Assembly (NCBI GenBank): GCA_030141605.1
Contig: JAQGDQ010000427.1
Location: 62,001 to 126,000, forward strand
Direction of reading: 5' to 3'
Source: Tubiluchus corallicola
Lineage: Eukaryota; Animalia; Priapulida
DNA: 64,000 nucleotides
Each line of letters starts with the position of its first letter. The first letter of the stretch is position 1. The position numbers and the translations under genes are program-made. The notes beneath the pieces are model-generated. The model was not told the DNA's origin. It did no database searches and worked only from the letters and a program-made list of their open reading frames with translations. Below are positions 24,840 to 38,376 of the stretch, in pieces.

Positions 24840-25070
24840 ATGACAAATTCGGCTACTCGCGAGAATGCGCGAAAAATGTGAGACGAACTCGTGGCTCCCT
24901 CTTGCGATAAACTTTCACGTGGTTATTACACTCTGCAATCAGTGTAACAAATGCGGCTTCCGGTACTCACGAGAATGCGCGAAAATGACGAAATTAAAAA
25001 CGCGTGGCTCCCTCTTGCAATGAAAATTGGAATGATCACTACACGCTGCCATCGGTGTAACAAATTTAAT
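24840..25070. repeat. Tandem dimer of a ~110-bp CpG-rich unit
   Basis: CGAGAATGCGCGAAAA...CGTGGCTCCCTCTTGC...GTGTAACAAAT occurs twice. Confidence 0.8.
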
Positions 25071-25504
25071 TTCTAGCGCGAGAACCGCTTCACCTGGGAA
25101 GGGAAATAACGCAAAAACATTTTCACTACAAAAACGATATTGTTGCTAATTATGTAAATCTTTGCTTGGCTTCAATTGGAAATTGTGCTAAGGTTTCACC
25201 ATCCTCGTGTATTTATGAAATAAATTAATGACTATTACTATTACTGTAATAAGTGAAAGGTTTATTAAATATTACTACGAAAGTAAAAAAGAAAAATGCA
25301 AATAACGAACAAAATTATCCACACCATAAATAAATATGAAACTATTAGGATTATTGTTACTTGATATTATTTCGTAAAAAATACATTAAAGTTGACTTTC
25401 CAAAATTAAATTCTGTGTTCACGCTGATACAGATTTTTTTGTCCGCACGTTTTTACAACCGCAAAACTTGCTTCCGCAAAAATACTCATTACGTTGTCAT
25501 TTGT

Positions 25505-27585
25505 GGGAATTGCGGGAAATGCGGGAAAATTTTAGCGCGAAATTTTAGCGCATTTTACACGAGGTTTTCTAGAAAAAATCCTTTGTTTCATGTTAACGGT
25601 TTAAGAAAGTGTAAACAGGCAGTATTGCGGGAAATGCGGGAAAATTTTAGCGCATTTTACACGAGGTTTTCTACAAAAAAGCCTTTGTTTCATGTTAACG
25701 GTTTAACAAAGGGTAAACAGGCAGTATTGCGGGAAATGCGGGAAAATTTTAGCGCGAAATTTTAACGCATTTTACACAAGGCTTTCAAGAAAAAAGCCTT
25801 TGTTTCATGTTAATGGTTTAAGAAAGGGTAAACAGGCAGTATTGCGGAGAATGCGGGAAAATTTTAGCGCATTTTACACCAGGATTTCTAGAAAAAAAGC
25901 CTTTGTTTCATGTTAATGGTTTAAGAAAGGACAAACAGGCAGTATTGCGGAGAATGCGGGAAAATTTTAGCGCGAAATTTTAGCGCATTTTACACAAGAC
26001 TTTCTAGAAAAAAGCCTTTGTTTCATGTTAATGGTTTAAGAAAGTGTAAACAGGCAGTATTGCGGGAAATGCGGGAAAAAATTAGCGCATTTTACACGAG
26101 ACTTTCTAGAAAAAAACCTTTGTTTCATGTTAATGGTTTAAGAAAGGGTAAACAGGCAGTATTGCCGGAAATGCGGGAAAATTTTAGCGCATTTTACACG
26201 AGACTTTCTACAAAGAAAGCCTTTGTTTCATGTTAATGGTTTAAGAAAGTGTAAACAGGCAGTATTGCGGGAAATGCGGGAAAATTTTAGCGCGAAATTT
26301 TAGCGCATTTTACACGAGGTTTTCTAGAAAAAATCCTTTGTTTCATGTTAACGGTTTAACAAAGGGTAAACAGGCAGTATTGCGGGAAATGCGGGAAAAT
26401 TTTAGCGCGAAATTTTAACGCATTTTACACGAGGCTTTCAAGAAAAAAAGCCTTTGTTTCATGTTAATGGTTTAAGAAAGGGTAAACAGGCAGTATTGCG
26501 GAGAATGCGGGAAAATTTTAGCACATTTTACACCAGGATTTCTAGAAAAAAGCCTTTGTTTCATGTTAATGGTTTAAGAAAGGACAAACAGGCAGTATTG
26601 CGGGAAATGCGGGAAAATTTTAGCGCGAAATTTTAGCGCATTTTACACGAGACTTTCTAGAAAAAAAGCCTTTGTTTCATGTTAATGGTTTAAGAAAGGG
26701 TAAACAGGCAGTATTGCGGGAAATGCGGGAAAATTTTAGCGCATTTTACACGAGGCTTTCTAGAAAAAAAGCCTTTGTTTCATGTTAATGGTTTAAGAAA
26801 GTGTAAACAGGCAGTATTGCGGGAAATGCGGGAAAATTTTAGCGCGAAATTTTAGCGCATTTTACACGAAGCTTTCTAGAAAAAAGCCTTTGTTTCATGT
26901 TAATGGTTTAAGAAAGGGTAAACAGGCAGTATTGCGGGAAATGCGGGAAAATTTTAGCGCGAAATTTTAGCGCATTTTACACGAGGATTTCTAGAAAAAA
27001 GCCTTTGTTTCATGTTAATGGTTTAAGAAAGGGTAAACAGGCAGTATTGCGGGAAATGCGGGAAAATTTTAGCGCGAAATTTTAACGCATTTTACACGAG
27101 GCTTTCAAGAAAAAAATCCTTTGTTTCATGTTAATGGTTTAAGAAAGGATAAACAGGCAGTATTGCGGAGAATGCGGGAAAATTTTAGCACATTTTACAC
27201 CAGGATTTCTAGAAAAAAGCCTTTGTTTCATGTTAATGGTTTAAGAAAGGGTGAACAGGCAGTATTGCGGGAAATGCGGGAAAATTTTAGCGCGAAATTT
27301 TAACGCATTTTACACGAGGCTTTCAAGAAAAAAGCCTTTGTTTCATGTTAATGGTTTAAGAAAGGATAAACAGGCAGTATTGCGGAGAATGCGGGAAAAT
27401 TTTAGCACATTTTACACCAGGATTTCTAGAAAAAAGCCTTTGTTTCATGTTAATGGTTTAAGAAAGGACAAACAGGCAGTATTGCGGGAAATGCGGGAAA
27501 ATTTTAGAGCGAAATTTTAGCGCATTTTACACGAGGCTTTCAAGAAAAAAGCCTTTGTTTCATGTTAATGGTTTAAGAAATGGCA
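25505..27585. repeat. 102/115-bp satellite array 3 (~19 monomers)
   Basis: Same unit, with array-specific variants such as GCGGAGAATGCGGG and TTTCAAGAAA. Confidence 0.97.
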
Positions 27586-29451
27586 AAATAATTAAACTTT
27601 GAAGCACAAAAAACATATATATATATTTATATATATATATGTGTTATTTTTTAACAAAAGGTTAATCAGGTCTGGCTGATTCATCTGATAAATTGAACAT
27701 CTGGTGTAAGACAAAGAGTTAATGGAATAAACAGGTACAGGTAATTCACTTGATATATTGAACATCTGGTGTAAGACAAAGAGTTAATGGATTTAAAGAC
27801 AGGTACAGGTAATTCACGTGAAAATTTGAACATCTGGTGAAGAGTAAAGTGTTACAATACACACACCCGTGATTCAATCGATTGATAATGTCTGTTTTAA
27901 TAATATAAATTAAAGTTCAAAACTTCAGCACGACTTTAAGCTGATATTAAAAAAATGAGGTCTGCATATTCGCAAAAGATCTATTTACAAGCCTAGAAAT
28001 CAATTTTGGTTTCTAGACAAACGCATATAAATCAGTTTTATAGCTTAAACAAGTTATAAAAGACTTATTGTTAAAATGATATGAAATAATAACGATTATT
28101 ATGATAATAATGATACTGCTTTCCTGCCTTTTTTATGTTTTACTGCCTAGTTTATTATTCATGTAGTTCCGTAGAACTTTTAGAACACGTTGTTAACAAA
28201 ACAAATTTCTGACAAGCATACAGACATTGGTTTAATACAAAATATGATCAAGCATATGTAGAAGTGGCAGGGATAACAAAGATCGATGATCATATTGCAC
28301 CAGGTGCTCTCTATAATGTTCACTGATGATGAAAGTCTAACTGACCCTGGAATCTTATTCCAAATATGCGGAATCGAACACTAAAAGAAATCATGATAAC
28401 CAGTTTTGATATTTGAAGGAGGAATACCACGAAAATCTAGTTGAACTTATTTTATAACTGACTTACCCAACAGTAATTTGGCAGAGAAACTTTAGCGCCG
28501 CGTTACTTAATAATTGAGTAATTAATTTATTTGTATCTCGCGGGAAAATCATGGAGCGCTCTTTGCGCCTTTCGCGAGGAAAAACTGCGGAACAGCGCCG
28601 CCCACGCAGCTACGTCACAGGCAGTATGGCGGTAGAGCGATACGTTAGTCATTACGATGTTTTTGTCTACAATTATAGTTAAACTACAGTACCTGACCTA
28701 GCGGCAATCCGTCAAGTTTGTGAGAGCTTAATTAATGAGTAATTAACTTGTTTATATCTGCGGAAAAAACCACGGAGCGCTGTTTGCGCATCTACCAGCA
28801 CGCAGCGCAGCTACGTCACAGCCAGTATGGCGGTAGCGCGATACATTACGAATTTAAATGGCGGAGTTGTTGAAGTTTTGTTATTAGTGCAGGCAATAAA
28901 ACTTGTTACAGAGTCATTGTAGTGTCCTATTTTGTGACATTTGTGTGTGCTAGATGACTTGTTACAAAAGGTATATGCAGTTAGTTTATAAACAATTGTT
29001 TACTAATTACGATAGCATTTGTGATTAAGAGATATTCATTATTTAAGTAATTAATTACATTAAAGGACAACTATACAAAATGGCTTATAATAATGCGGAA
29101 ATTAAAGGCCGCCATGCTATCCTGGAATTCGAACCTCTGACTGACATCTCTTTCCTACTTTGCTCGATTTTTTTTACTAAAGCTTTCACAGATTAATAAG
29201 AGAGGTGATTTAAAGGAGGAATATCACGAAAATCAAGTTAAATTTATTTTATAACTGAATTACCGGACAGTAATTTGGCGTAAAAGGGTGTGCGCTGCAT
29301 TACTTAATTAATTAGTAATTAGCTTATTTGTATCAGCGGGAAAAACCATGGAGCGCTGTTTGTGCATCTACCGGCACGCAGCGCAGCTACGTCACAGCTA
29401 GTATGGCGGCAGCGCGAAACATTGCAAATTAAAATGGCGGTGTTGTTGAAC

Positions 29452-32027
29452 ACTACTTGACACTTATATTTAGTCCGTCTTCTCCCCGCTTCCTTTGCAA
29501 CAGGACTGTACCAGCCACTCAAGACTAATTGATACTTCTATTTAGTTCGTCTTCTCCCCGCTTCTTTTGCAATAGGACTGTACCAGCCACTCAAGACTAC
29601 TTGACACTTATATTTAGTCCGCTTTCTCCCAGTTGCCTTTGCAACAGGAATGTACTAGCCACTCAAGACTACTTGATACTTCTATTTAGTCCGTCTTCTC
29701 CACGCCTCCTTTGCAACAGGATTGTACTAGCCACTCAAGACTACTTGATACTTCTATTTAGTCCGTCTTCCCCCCGCTTCCTTTGCAACAGGATTGTACG
29801 ACCCATTCAAGGCTACTTGATACTTACATTTAGTCCGCTTTCTCCCAGTTTCCTTTGCAACAGGATTGTACTAGCCACTCGAGACTACTTGACACTTATA
29901 TTTAGTCCGCTTTCTCCCAGTTGCCTTTGCAACAGAATTGTACTAGCCGCTCGAGACTACTTGACACTTATATTTAGTCCGCTTTCTCCCAGTTGCCTTT
30001 GCAACAGGATTGTACTAGCCACTCAAGACTACTTGACACTTATATTTAGTCCGCTTTCTCCCAGTTGCCTTTGCAACAGGAATGTACTAGCCACTCAAGA
30101 CTACTTGATACTTATATTTAGTCCGTCTTCTCCCCGCTTCCTTTGCAACAGAATTGTACTAGCCACTCAAGACTACTTGACACTTATATTTAGTCCGCTT
30201 TCTCCCAGTTGCCTTTGCAACAGGATTGTACTAGCCACTCAAGACTACTTGACACTTATATTTAGTCCGCTTTCTCCCAGTTGCCTTTGCAACAGGAATG
30301 TACTAGCCACTCAAGACTACTTGATACTTCTATTTAGTCCGTCTTCTCCACGCCTCCTTTGCAACAGGATTGTACTAGCCACTCAAGACTACTTGATACT
30401 TCTATTTAGTCCGTCTTCCCCCCCGCTTCCTTTGCAACAGGATTGTACGACCCATTCAAGACTACTTGATAGTTATATTTAGTCCGTCTTCTCCCCGCTT
30501 TCTTTGCAACAGGATTGTACTAGCCACTCGAGACTACTTGATACTTATATTTAGTCCGTCTTCTCCACGCCTCCTTTGCAACAGGATTGTACTAGCCACT
30601 CAAGACTACTTGATACTTCTATTTAGTCCGTCTTCCCCCCGCTTCCTTTGCAACAGGATTGTACGACCCATTCAAGACTACTTGATACTTACATTTAGTC
30701 CGCTTTCTCCCAGTTTCCTTTGCAACAGGATTGTACTAGCCACTCGAGACTACTTGACACTTATATTTAGTCCGCTTTCTCCCAGTTGCCTTTGCAACAG
30801 GATTGTACTAGCCACTCAAGACTACTTGACACTTATATTTAGTCCGTCTTCTCCCCGCTTCCTTTGCAACAGAATTGTACTAGCCACTCAAGACTACTTG
30901 ACACTTATATTTAGTCCGCTTTCTCCCAGTTGCCTTTGCAACAGAATTGTACTAGCCACTCGAGACTACTTGACACTTATATTTAATCCGCTTTCTCCCA
31001 GTTGCCTTTGCAACAGGATTGTACTAGCCACTCAAGACTACTTGACACTTATATTTAGTCCGCTTTCTCCCAGTTGCCTTTGCAACAGGAATGTACTAGC
31101 CACTCAAGACTACTTGATACTTCTATTTAGTCCGTCTTCTCCACGCCTCCTTTGCAACAGGATTGTACTAGCCACTCAAGACTACTTGATACTTCTATTT
31201 AGTCCGTCTTCCCCCCGCTTCCTTTGCAACAGGATTGTACGACCCATTCAAGACTACTTGATAGTTATATTTAGTCCGTCTTCTCCCCGCTTTCTTTGCA
31301 ACAGGATTGTACTAGCCACTCGAGACTACTTGATACTTATATTTAGTCCGTCTTCTCCCCCCCTCCTTTGCAACAGAATTGTACGAGCCATTCAAGACTA
31401 CTTGATACTCATATTTAGTCTGTCTTCTCCCCGCTTCCTTTGCAACAGGAATGTTCTAGCCATTCAAGACTACTTGATACTTGTATTTAGTTCGTCTTCT
31501 CCCCGCCTCCTTTGCAACAGTATTGTACTAGCCACTGAAGACTACTTGATACTCATATTTAGTCTTTGTTATCCCTGTCTCCTTTGCATCAGGACTGTAC
31601 GAGCCACTCGAGACTACTTGATACTTATATTTAGTCCGTCTTCTCCCCGCTTCCTTTGCAACAGAATTGTACTAACCACTCAAGACTACTTGATACTCAT
31701 ATTTAGTCTGTCTTCTCCCCCCCTCCTTTGCAACAGGAATGTTCTAGCCACTCAAGACTAATTGATACTTATATTTAGTCCGTCTTCTCCCCGCCTCCTT
31801 TACAACAGGATTGTACTAACCACTCAAGACTACTTGATACTTATATTTAGTCCGTCTTCTCCCCGCTTCCTTTGAAACAGAATTGTACTAACCACTCAAG
31901 ACTAATTGATACCTGTATTTAGTCCGTCTTCTCCCCGCCTCCTTTGCAACAGGATTGTACTAGCCACTCAAGACTACTCGATAGTTACATTTAGACCGTC
32001 TTCTCCCCGCCACCTTTGCAACAGGAA
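29452..32027. repeat. 72-bp satellite array (~36 monomers) with patterned monomer variants
   Basis: Unit CTACTTGATACTTATATTTAGTCCGTCTTCTCCCCGCTTCCTTTGCAACAGGATTGTACTAGCCACTCAAGA; 24-aa periodicity in ORFs 29529-30482 and 30466-31761. Confidence 0.97.
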
Positions 32028-33432
32028 ACAACAACTACTTTTCTTGTCCTTTAATGGCTGCTAATTTATGAAAAGCTTTGTAAAAAAACTTTCTATGTCA
32101 CGTTAATGAGAAGCAGGAAAACGGATGCATAATATTCGTTTGAAGTATAGAAAAGTTATGCAAATTCTAGAAGCTGAATCTATTTTTCTGGAACTGTCAC
32201 AGTGTTTCTACGTACTATGAGCCATTAAATGAAAGTATCTAGTTTTTTTAATGCCATGTTTTGTTTTTAAAGTCTTTGTGTTTCCATGCGATAATGTTAA
32301 ATTTATTATTTTATTGATTACTTTATTATTTTTGGGGTTTGGCTTTCTAGTGTGCAATCTGCATCCAATAAGTTATAAAGCTGTTAATAATTTAAACATT
32401 TAAACACTGATAAACATTAGACCTAAACCTTAGTCAATAAATGGAGACATATTCAGAGTAACACGTTTACCTTTTGTTTTAACGCAGGTGAATTGCATTA
32501 ATTTAATTAGAATTTCAGTGAATATTTAATCAAGTTTCAAGAATAAATCAGATGAGTCAGATACGTGACTAACACCGTCCTTTGTTTCTTCGCAAGTTTT
32601 CAACTCACTGATTGAGATTTCATAAATATTTAATTGATGAATCACACCTTCTGCTTTGTTACCTCAAAACACCAAGCTTATCTATTTCTTTACGTTCATT
32701 CAATCTGCCATCTTTTAGTGTGACAAACGCTTATATAAATATATTTTGAGTAGTTTTGCCCTACGCGTTGTATTATAAAACAATAATGGGGAGGAGAAAT
32801 AAATAAATCAATCTTTGATTTTATATTGTGTTTACATAACTTAAATTCCTCTAATTGCAGGGTAATCTGACAAAATTTAAGTACAGCTGTGTAAAAACTA
32901 TACAAACCATGTCAAAATTTATGACATCGTGTGAGGTAGGGTTAGTAAATCGTGGGTAGTATTTGGCATGAAAAGTATGTATTATGAAAATTACTTGAGA
33001 GAGATGTGTGTGTTTGTGTGTGTGTGTGTGCGTGCGCGCGTGCGCGTGCGTACATGCGTGAGGGTGTGTGTGTGAGAGTATGGGTGTGCGTGCGTGCATG
33101 CGTGCGCGCGCGCGTGTCTGTGCGTTTTTCACTGGAGAACATCTATCATATGTTGCAAAGCTTTTACTTATTTTCTCACTTGTCGGTGAAAAGTAGATAA
33201 TTACGCAAAATGTAAATATGTAAAATGATAGAGATAAATACCAGATTAGATGAACTGAAATATCGTCTATTGCTAGATGCAGGTAAAATTTGTGTTTGTT
33301 GTAACTTATAACTTAAGACGTCTAACCAGTTTCTTATCATCTATCATCATATATTAGGTGCCATAACTATCTTTTGTTATATAATATTTTAACCTTCATA
33401 GATTTATTTTTACATCTACGAACGAAATGTAG

Positions 33433-33850
33433 ATCTTATAATAACAATAAAATAATTTCTTTCTAGCTACACTAACAGAACCTCGAGACTTAGATAAAGA
33501 TATAAAGTGTAAAATAAATAAATTAATTAATTAAAATCTTACAATAACAATAAAATAATTTTTTTCTAGCTACACTAACAGGACCTCGAGACTTAGATAA
33601 AGATATAAAGTGTAAAATAAATAAATAAATAAATATAAATCTTACAATAACAATAAAATAATTTCTTTCTAGCTACACTAGCAGGACCTCGAGACTTAGA
33701 TAAAGATATAAAGTGTAAAATAAATAAATAAATAAATAAAAATCTTACAATAACAATAAAATAATTTCTTTCTAGCTACACTAACAGGACCTCGAGACTT
33801 AGATAAAGACATAAAGTGTAAAATAAATAAATAAATAAATAAATAAAAAA
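33433..33850. repeat. 103-bp tandem repeat x4, each unit ending in an (AAAT)n-type tract
   Basis: ATCTTACAATAACAATAAAATAATTTCTTTCTAGCTACACTAACAGGACCTCGAGACTTAG at 33536, 33639 and 33742. Confidence 0.95.
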
Positions 33851-34562
33851 ACTACTCATTATGATCGCTTTGAAAACCATAATATGCTCTTTAAATTAGC
33901 AAGTTCTCAATACGGTAATTTACTAAATCAGGAAAGTTCTCGACAGTTTCTTTAACTGGAATTTTCTTCAACTTTTATTGCATTAAATCAAACTATTGGG
34001 GTTCAAAACTGTTTATAGAAAATTACGAAAAACATAAATATATCATTACAGAGTGTGGCAATAATTTTAAACAGTAAAACCTTCTATGACCCTCATTTTA
34101 GTAGGCCTACTGATTAGCTAACAAGAAAACCTCTACTAAAGGTTTTGGAAATTAAAGGATTAATTAATAATCAATAATTAGTTGGTATCCTGTTAAAAAA
34201 TTTCAGGAAGCTTTAGTTTTTCTGACATAAATGTTTCATGGAAAAGCTGATCCAGCGGTTGAATCCTAGGCTACAAGTTTCTTCACTCCAAACTGATTAA
34301 TAATTAACACGTGACCAACACCGCGTCTTTCTATTCCATTTTGTTTTAAATAATTAGTTCAGTTAGATTGTCAGATAGAATCAAATAAGATGAATGACTC
34401 ATACCTTCTGTTCCGTGTTTACTCAAACACCAGCCCAATTTAACATTCTGTGCATATTTAATGAACTTTTTCTTTTGATCAGCTAGAGAAAAATAAAGAG
34501 GAAGAGAGAGAAAGAAAGGGAGAGAGAGGGGAAGAGAGAGAGAAAGAAAGAGAGAGAGAGAG

Positions 34563-34627
<65 letters not shown>

Positions 34628-34777
34628 ATCAGAATTAAATTAAATTTAATTAAAATAACATTTGAATTAAATTAAATTAAATTAAATTAATTTAATTTTT
34701 TTAAATTAATTATAAAAAGCTTAGATTTTGCTTCAAGGTCTATAAATGTGGATCAAGTATCCTGAAATGTGTCATTG

Positions 34778-35661
34778 CGTCAACGAGAGCAGCTACCAAA
34801 CAAAACTATTTTCAGGAAAGATTTAACACAAAAAAAAGTCTACAAACTTTAAAACATAATGGTACAATTCTATGGAATACTCTTTCAGATGATCTTAAGC
34901 AATCAACTAGTATCTGTCACTTAAGTAAATTATATAAATGTCAACTCTTGCAAACTTATTACAGAGATTAACTACATATAAGGGTACAGTATTTTGCAAC
35001 AACTTTTATTCCTTTTGCCCTCAAATAAATTGTCTAACTCCGTGCAAGAGCAGTTACTGTTATAGCAGGTTCAATTAACTTCCATATTTAATTGTTTATT
35101 GTCTAACTTCTGTAGATCATTTTCAAAGTCTGGACTCCAATTGTCAATCTCCTCATGCAGTCATACAGGTAATTTTTTGTGCTCTAACTATCTGCCTATT
35201 CATTTTACATCAGATCATCAAAAACCGCTCTGTATTTTTTTTTACATTATGCTTGTGTTATAAAGTAAATTTCAGTTGCCATTGTTATTATGTTTCTGAT
35301 GTCAGATTTTTATTTCAGTTCTTGTTTCAGTCCTTATTTCAGTTCAGTTTCATTTCAGTTATTTTCAGTTTGATTTTTTTTTATTATTATTATGCACTTA
35401 TTATTACTGTGTATGAATTGTACTAACACGTTATAAGCATATCATTATCAATTTTATGTCATTCGTAACAATTTAGTTTTTCTTATATATAAGCAGTACT
35501 ACCACTAATACACTGTAGCATAGCGCCTATAAAAAATGTTCATCACTAACCAAAGGGCAGCTGACTAGATGACCAATTGGACTTTCGCTGCCCTTTCTTC
35601 ACATTTTTGTTGCTAAATTAATTGTATTGTAACTGTGCGTGTGTTAAAAGATAAATAAAAG

Positions 35662-35730
<69 letters not shown>

Positions 35731-35752
35731 GTTGTTATTATTATTATTATTA
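34778..35752 (+). mobile_element. L2/Crack-like LINE 3' fragment: ORF2 C-terminus, long 3' UTR, terminal hairpin and (ATT)n tail
   Basis: 34783-34971 translates as TRAATKQNYFQERFNTKKSLQTLKHNGTILWNTLSDDLKQSTSICHLSKLYKCQLLQTYYRD*; hairpin AAGGGCAGC...GCTGCCCTT at ~35553-35595; AATAAA then (ATT)n; it interrupts module C. Confidence 0.7.
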
Positions 35753-37049
35753 CTGAGAAATTTTTTTTCTACAAGTGACACATACGGCAGTGCGTGATAG
35801 TACACAACAAGCAATTGCGCAGCACGATTGAATATTCTCGTTACGCAAATGCATGTAATGACCACGTAGAGACATAGACTACGTTATTAGTGTTTTTTAA
35901 AAACACCACAAGTAATTGGAATGTCTGCGCATTACATAAGCAATCATGAATTTACAATAGAGATGACAGGACAGAGACATCAGTCTAGGGCACCGTAAAG
36001 ACTTGATGCACCCCTTGTCGCAACAGTAAACATTCCGCAGAATCTCAGTAGGAATTCATATAATTGAAACGATTCCCATTTTAGTGAGTGGAGATTTGAT
36101 TAAACAATTAAATAATGCTCTTGTATATAAGCTTATTATATTTCTGTAAACTGACTCTGTGTTTCTACTGGTGCCTTATTTTTATTGTTCTATGGATTGT
36201 AAATGTCTGAAATAAAATCAAATTATCCTCCAGACCATTTCTCTCTTCTTATGGCAATTCGCTTATTTTTCTGGGCGCCTTCTTTGTGAATTTCGAAAGA
36301 ATTTCAATGTCCCTTTCGTTAGGCGGCAGTGAGCAGCAATGCAGCAAAATTGTCTTTTTGTTTCGTTATTGTGTGATTTTTATTTATATTCTCATTTTTC
36401 AATTTTTCGATTTTTGGCAGCATTTAATTTTTTTCTATAACTGCATACACTTTTGGGAATACGAATACGAAAATGGTTCTGTATAAAGCTGGCACTTTTA
36501 TACAAGCAGCATTATTTGCATTGAAGTATAATCTTTTTCTATTAGAATATAAAGAGATTAAAATATAAGAAAAGATCTAGTCCAAAAAAGCCTAATTTTT
36601 TTTAATCTGTAAACATCTTATTTATATACGTATATACGTCTTTGCTATCACTAAATGACTTACAGGGTCTGTGAGCAACGAATTTGAAATCAATGTCTAC
36701 TTTTTTATTCTGACCGTATGGTCTGTAGCTAACAGCCTCTGCCGTCATTAAATATTTCATCAACTTCTGTTTAAAGCTCTGCAGAGTTAATCTCACTCCT
36801 AACGAACTGATTTCTATTTCATACATATTTAATTGATAATTAATTTAATTAGATACATCTAGCAAATGAATCAGACCTTCTGTTCTGTTTCCTCAAAACA
36901 CTAAGCTTATTTCTAAAAATTTTTCATTCAATTTGCCATCGTTTAGCGCATAACCAATGACTAGTTTTTGTTTACTTTCTCCTTAATGCGTTGTTGAGCC
37001 ACCGTAATCATAACGGTTGTGATGTAATAAAACAATAATAGAGAGCGAG

Positions 37050-37119
<70 letters not shown>

Positions 37120-38049
37120 TCAAAATTAAATTAGGAAAGTCAGAAATTTGAGGGGGGGTTGACATGTTGTGTACATCACAAATGAGCCATTGTTGTGGAG
37201 CTGACTGCAGCATAATAAATTGCCCTTTTCTTCATTTTGATGTGAGATTTATTAAAGTTATTGCTTTTACAAAGAAGTTTCAGTAGATTTGATAACACAT
37301 AGGTCTAAAATCTTAAACATTTCACTAGAGTTTTTTTAAATTGCATTTAGTACCAAGAAAAATTGTTAATTTTCTGACATTTAATATACTCAAACATACA
37401 AAGCTCAAACATACTGATAGTTGCAGCAGAACCAGGATGGTTCTCATTGTCACGTAGAAAAGCGTCATTGTCAATAATAGCATAACTATGATTCCCCTGA
37501 TTGCTAATGTTCAACTAAACTTGCATTAAGTATGAAAATTTGGCAGCTGAGCCTTTGGTGTAAAACAAAAGGTAAAAATTTAATCAGGTTTCGTGATTCA
37601 CCTGTTAGATTGAACATCTGGTGTAAGACAAAGAGTTAATCAATTGAAGCAGTTGCAGGTGATTCACCTGTTAAATTGAACATCTGGTGTAAGACAAAGA
37701 GTTAATGAATTGAAGCAGTTGCAATGATTCACCTGATTTATAATGTTTAATTAAATGTGCCTAAAGATTTGAACATCTGGTAGAAGAGTAAAGTGTTACA
37801 ATACACACACCAGTGATTGAATCGATTGATAATGTCTGATTTAATAATATAAATGAAAGTTCAAAACTGCTGAAAGACTTTGAGATGATATTAAAAAATG
37901 AGATCTGCATATTAGCAAAAGACTAGCTATTTGCAAGCCTAGAAAATTTTAGTGTCTCGACAAACGTATATAAATCAGTTTTATTGCTCATACAAGTTAT
38001 AAAAGTCTTATTGTTAAAATGATATGAAATAATAATGATTATAATGATA

Positions 38050-38376
38050 ATAATGATACTGCTTTCCTGGCTTCTTTATGTTTTACTGCCTAGTTTATTT
38101 TTCATGTAGTTCCGTAGAACTTTAGAACAAGTAGTTAACAAAACAAATTTATGACAAGCATAAAGACATTGGTTTAATACAAAATATGATCAAGCATAGA
38201 AGTGGCAGGGATAACAAAGATCGATGATCGTATTGCACCAGGTGCTCACTATAATGTTCATCTAACGAACTTTTGAAAATGTTCACTGATGATGAAAGTC
38301 GAACTGACCCTGGTATCTTATTCCAAATATGCGGAATCGAACACGAAAAGAAATCATGATAACCATGTTTTGGTAT
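38050..38376 (-). mobile_element. CR1/L2-like LINE 3' fragment (second copy ~28110-28412), cut by a Kolobok-like end
   Basis: FFSCSIPHIWNKIPGSVRLSSSVNIFKSSLDEHY resembles the CR1/L2 ORF2 C-terminal motif F..R....WN.LP..V....S...FK..LD. Confidence 0.7.

Noticed and set aside
28320-28345. CTGATGATGAAAGTC (also ~38286) as a hammerhead core
   Set aside because: It is the antisense of the CR1/L2 coding remnant (LSSSVNI) and has no stem II
29529-31761. 317-aa and 431-aa ORFs as real CDS
   Set aside because: They are pure 72-bp tandem repeat with TTG starts and no unique domain; one open frame out of six is plausible by chance
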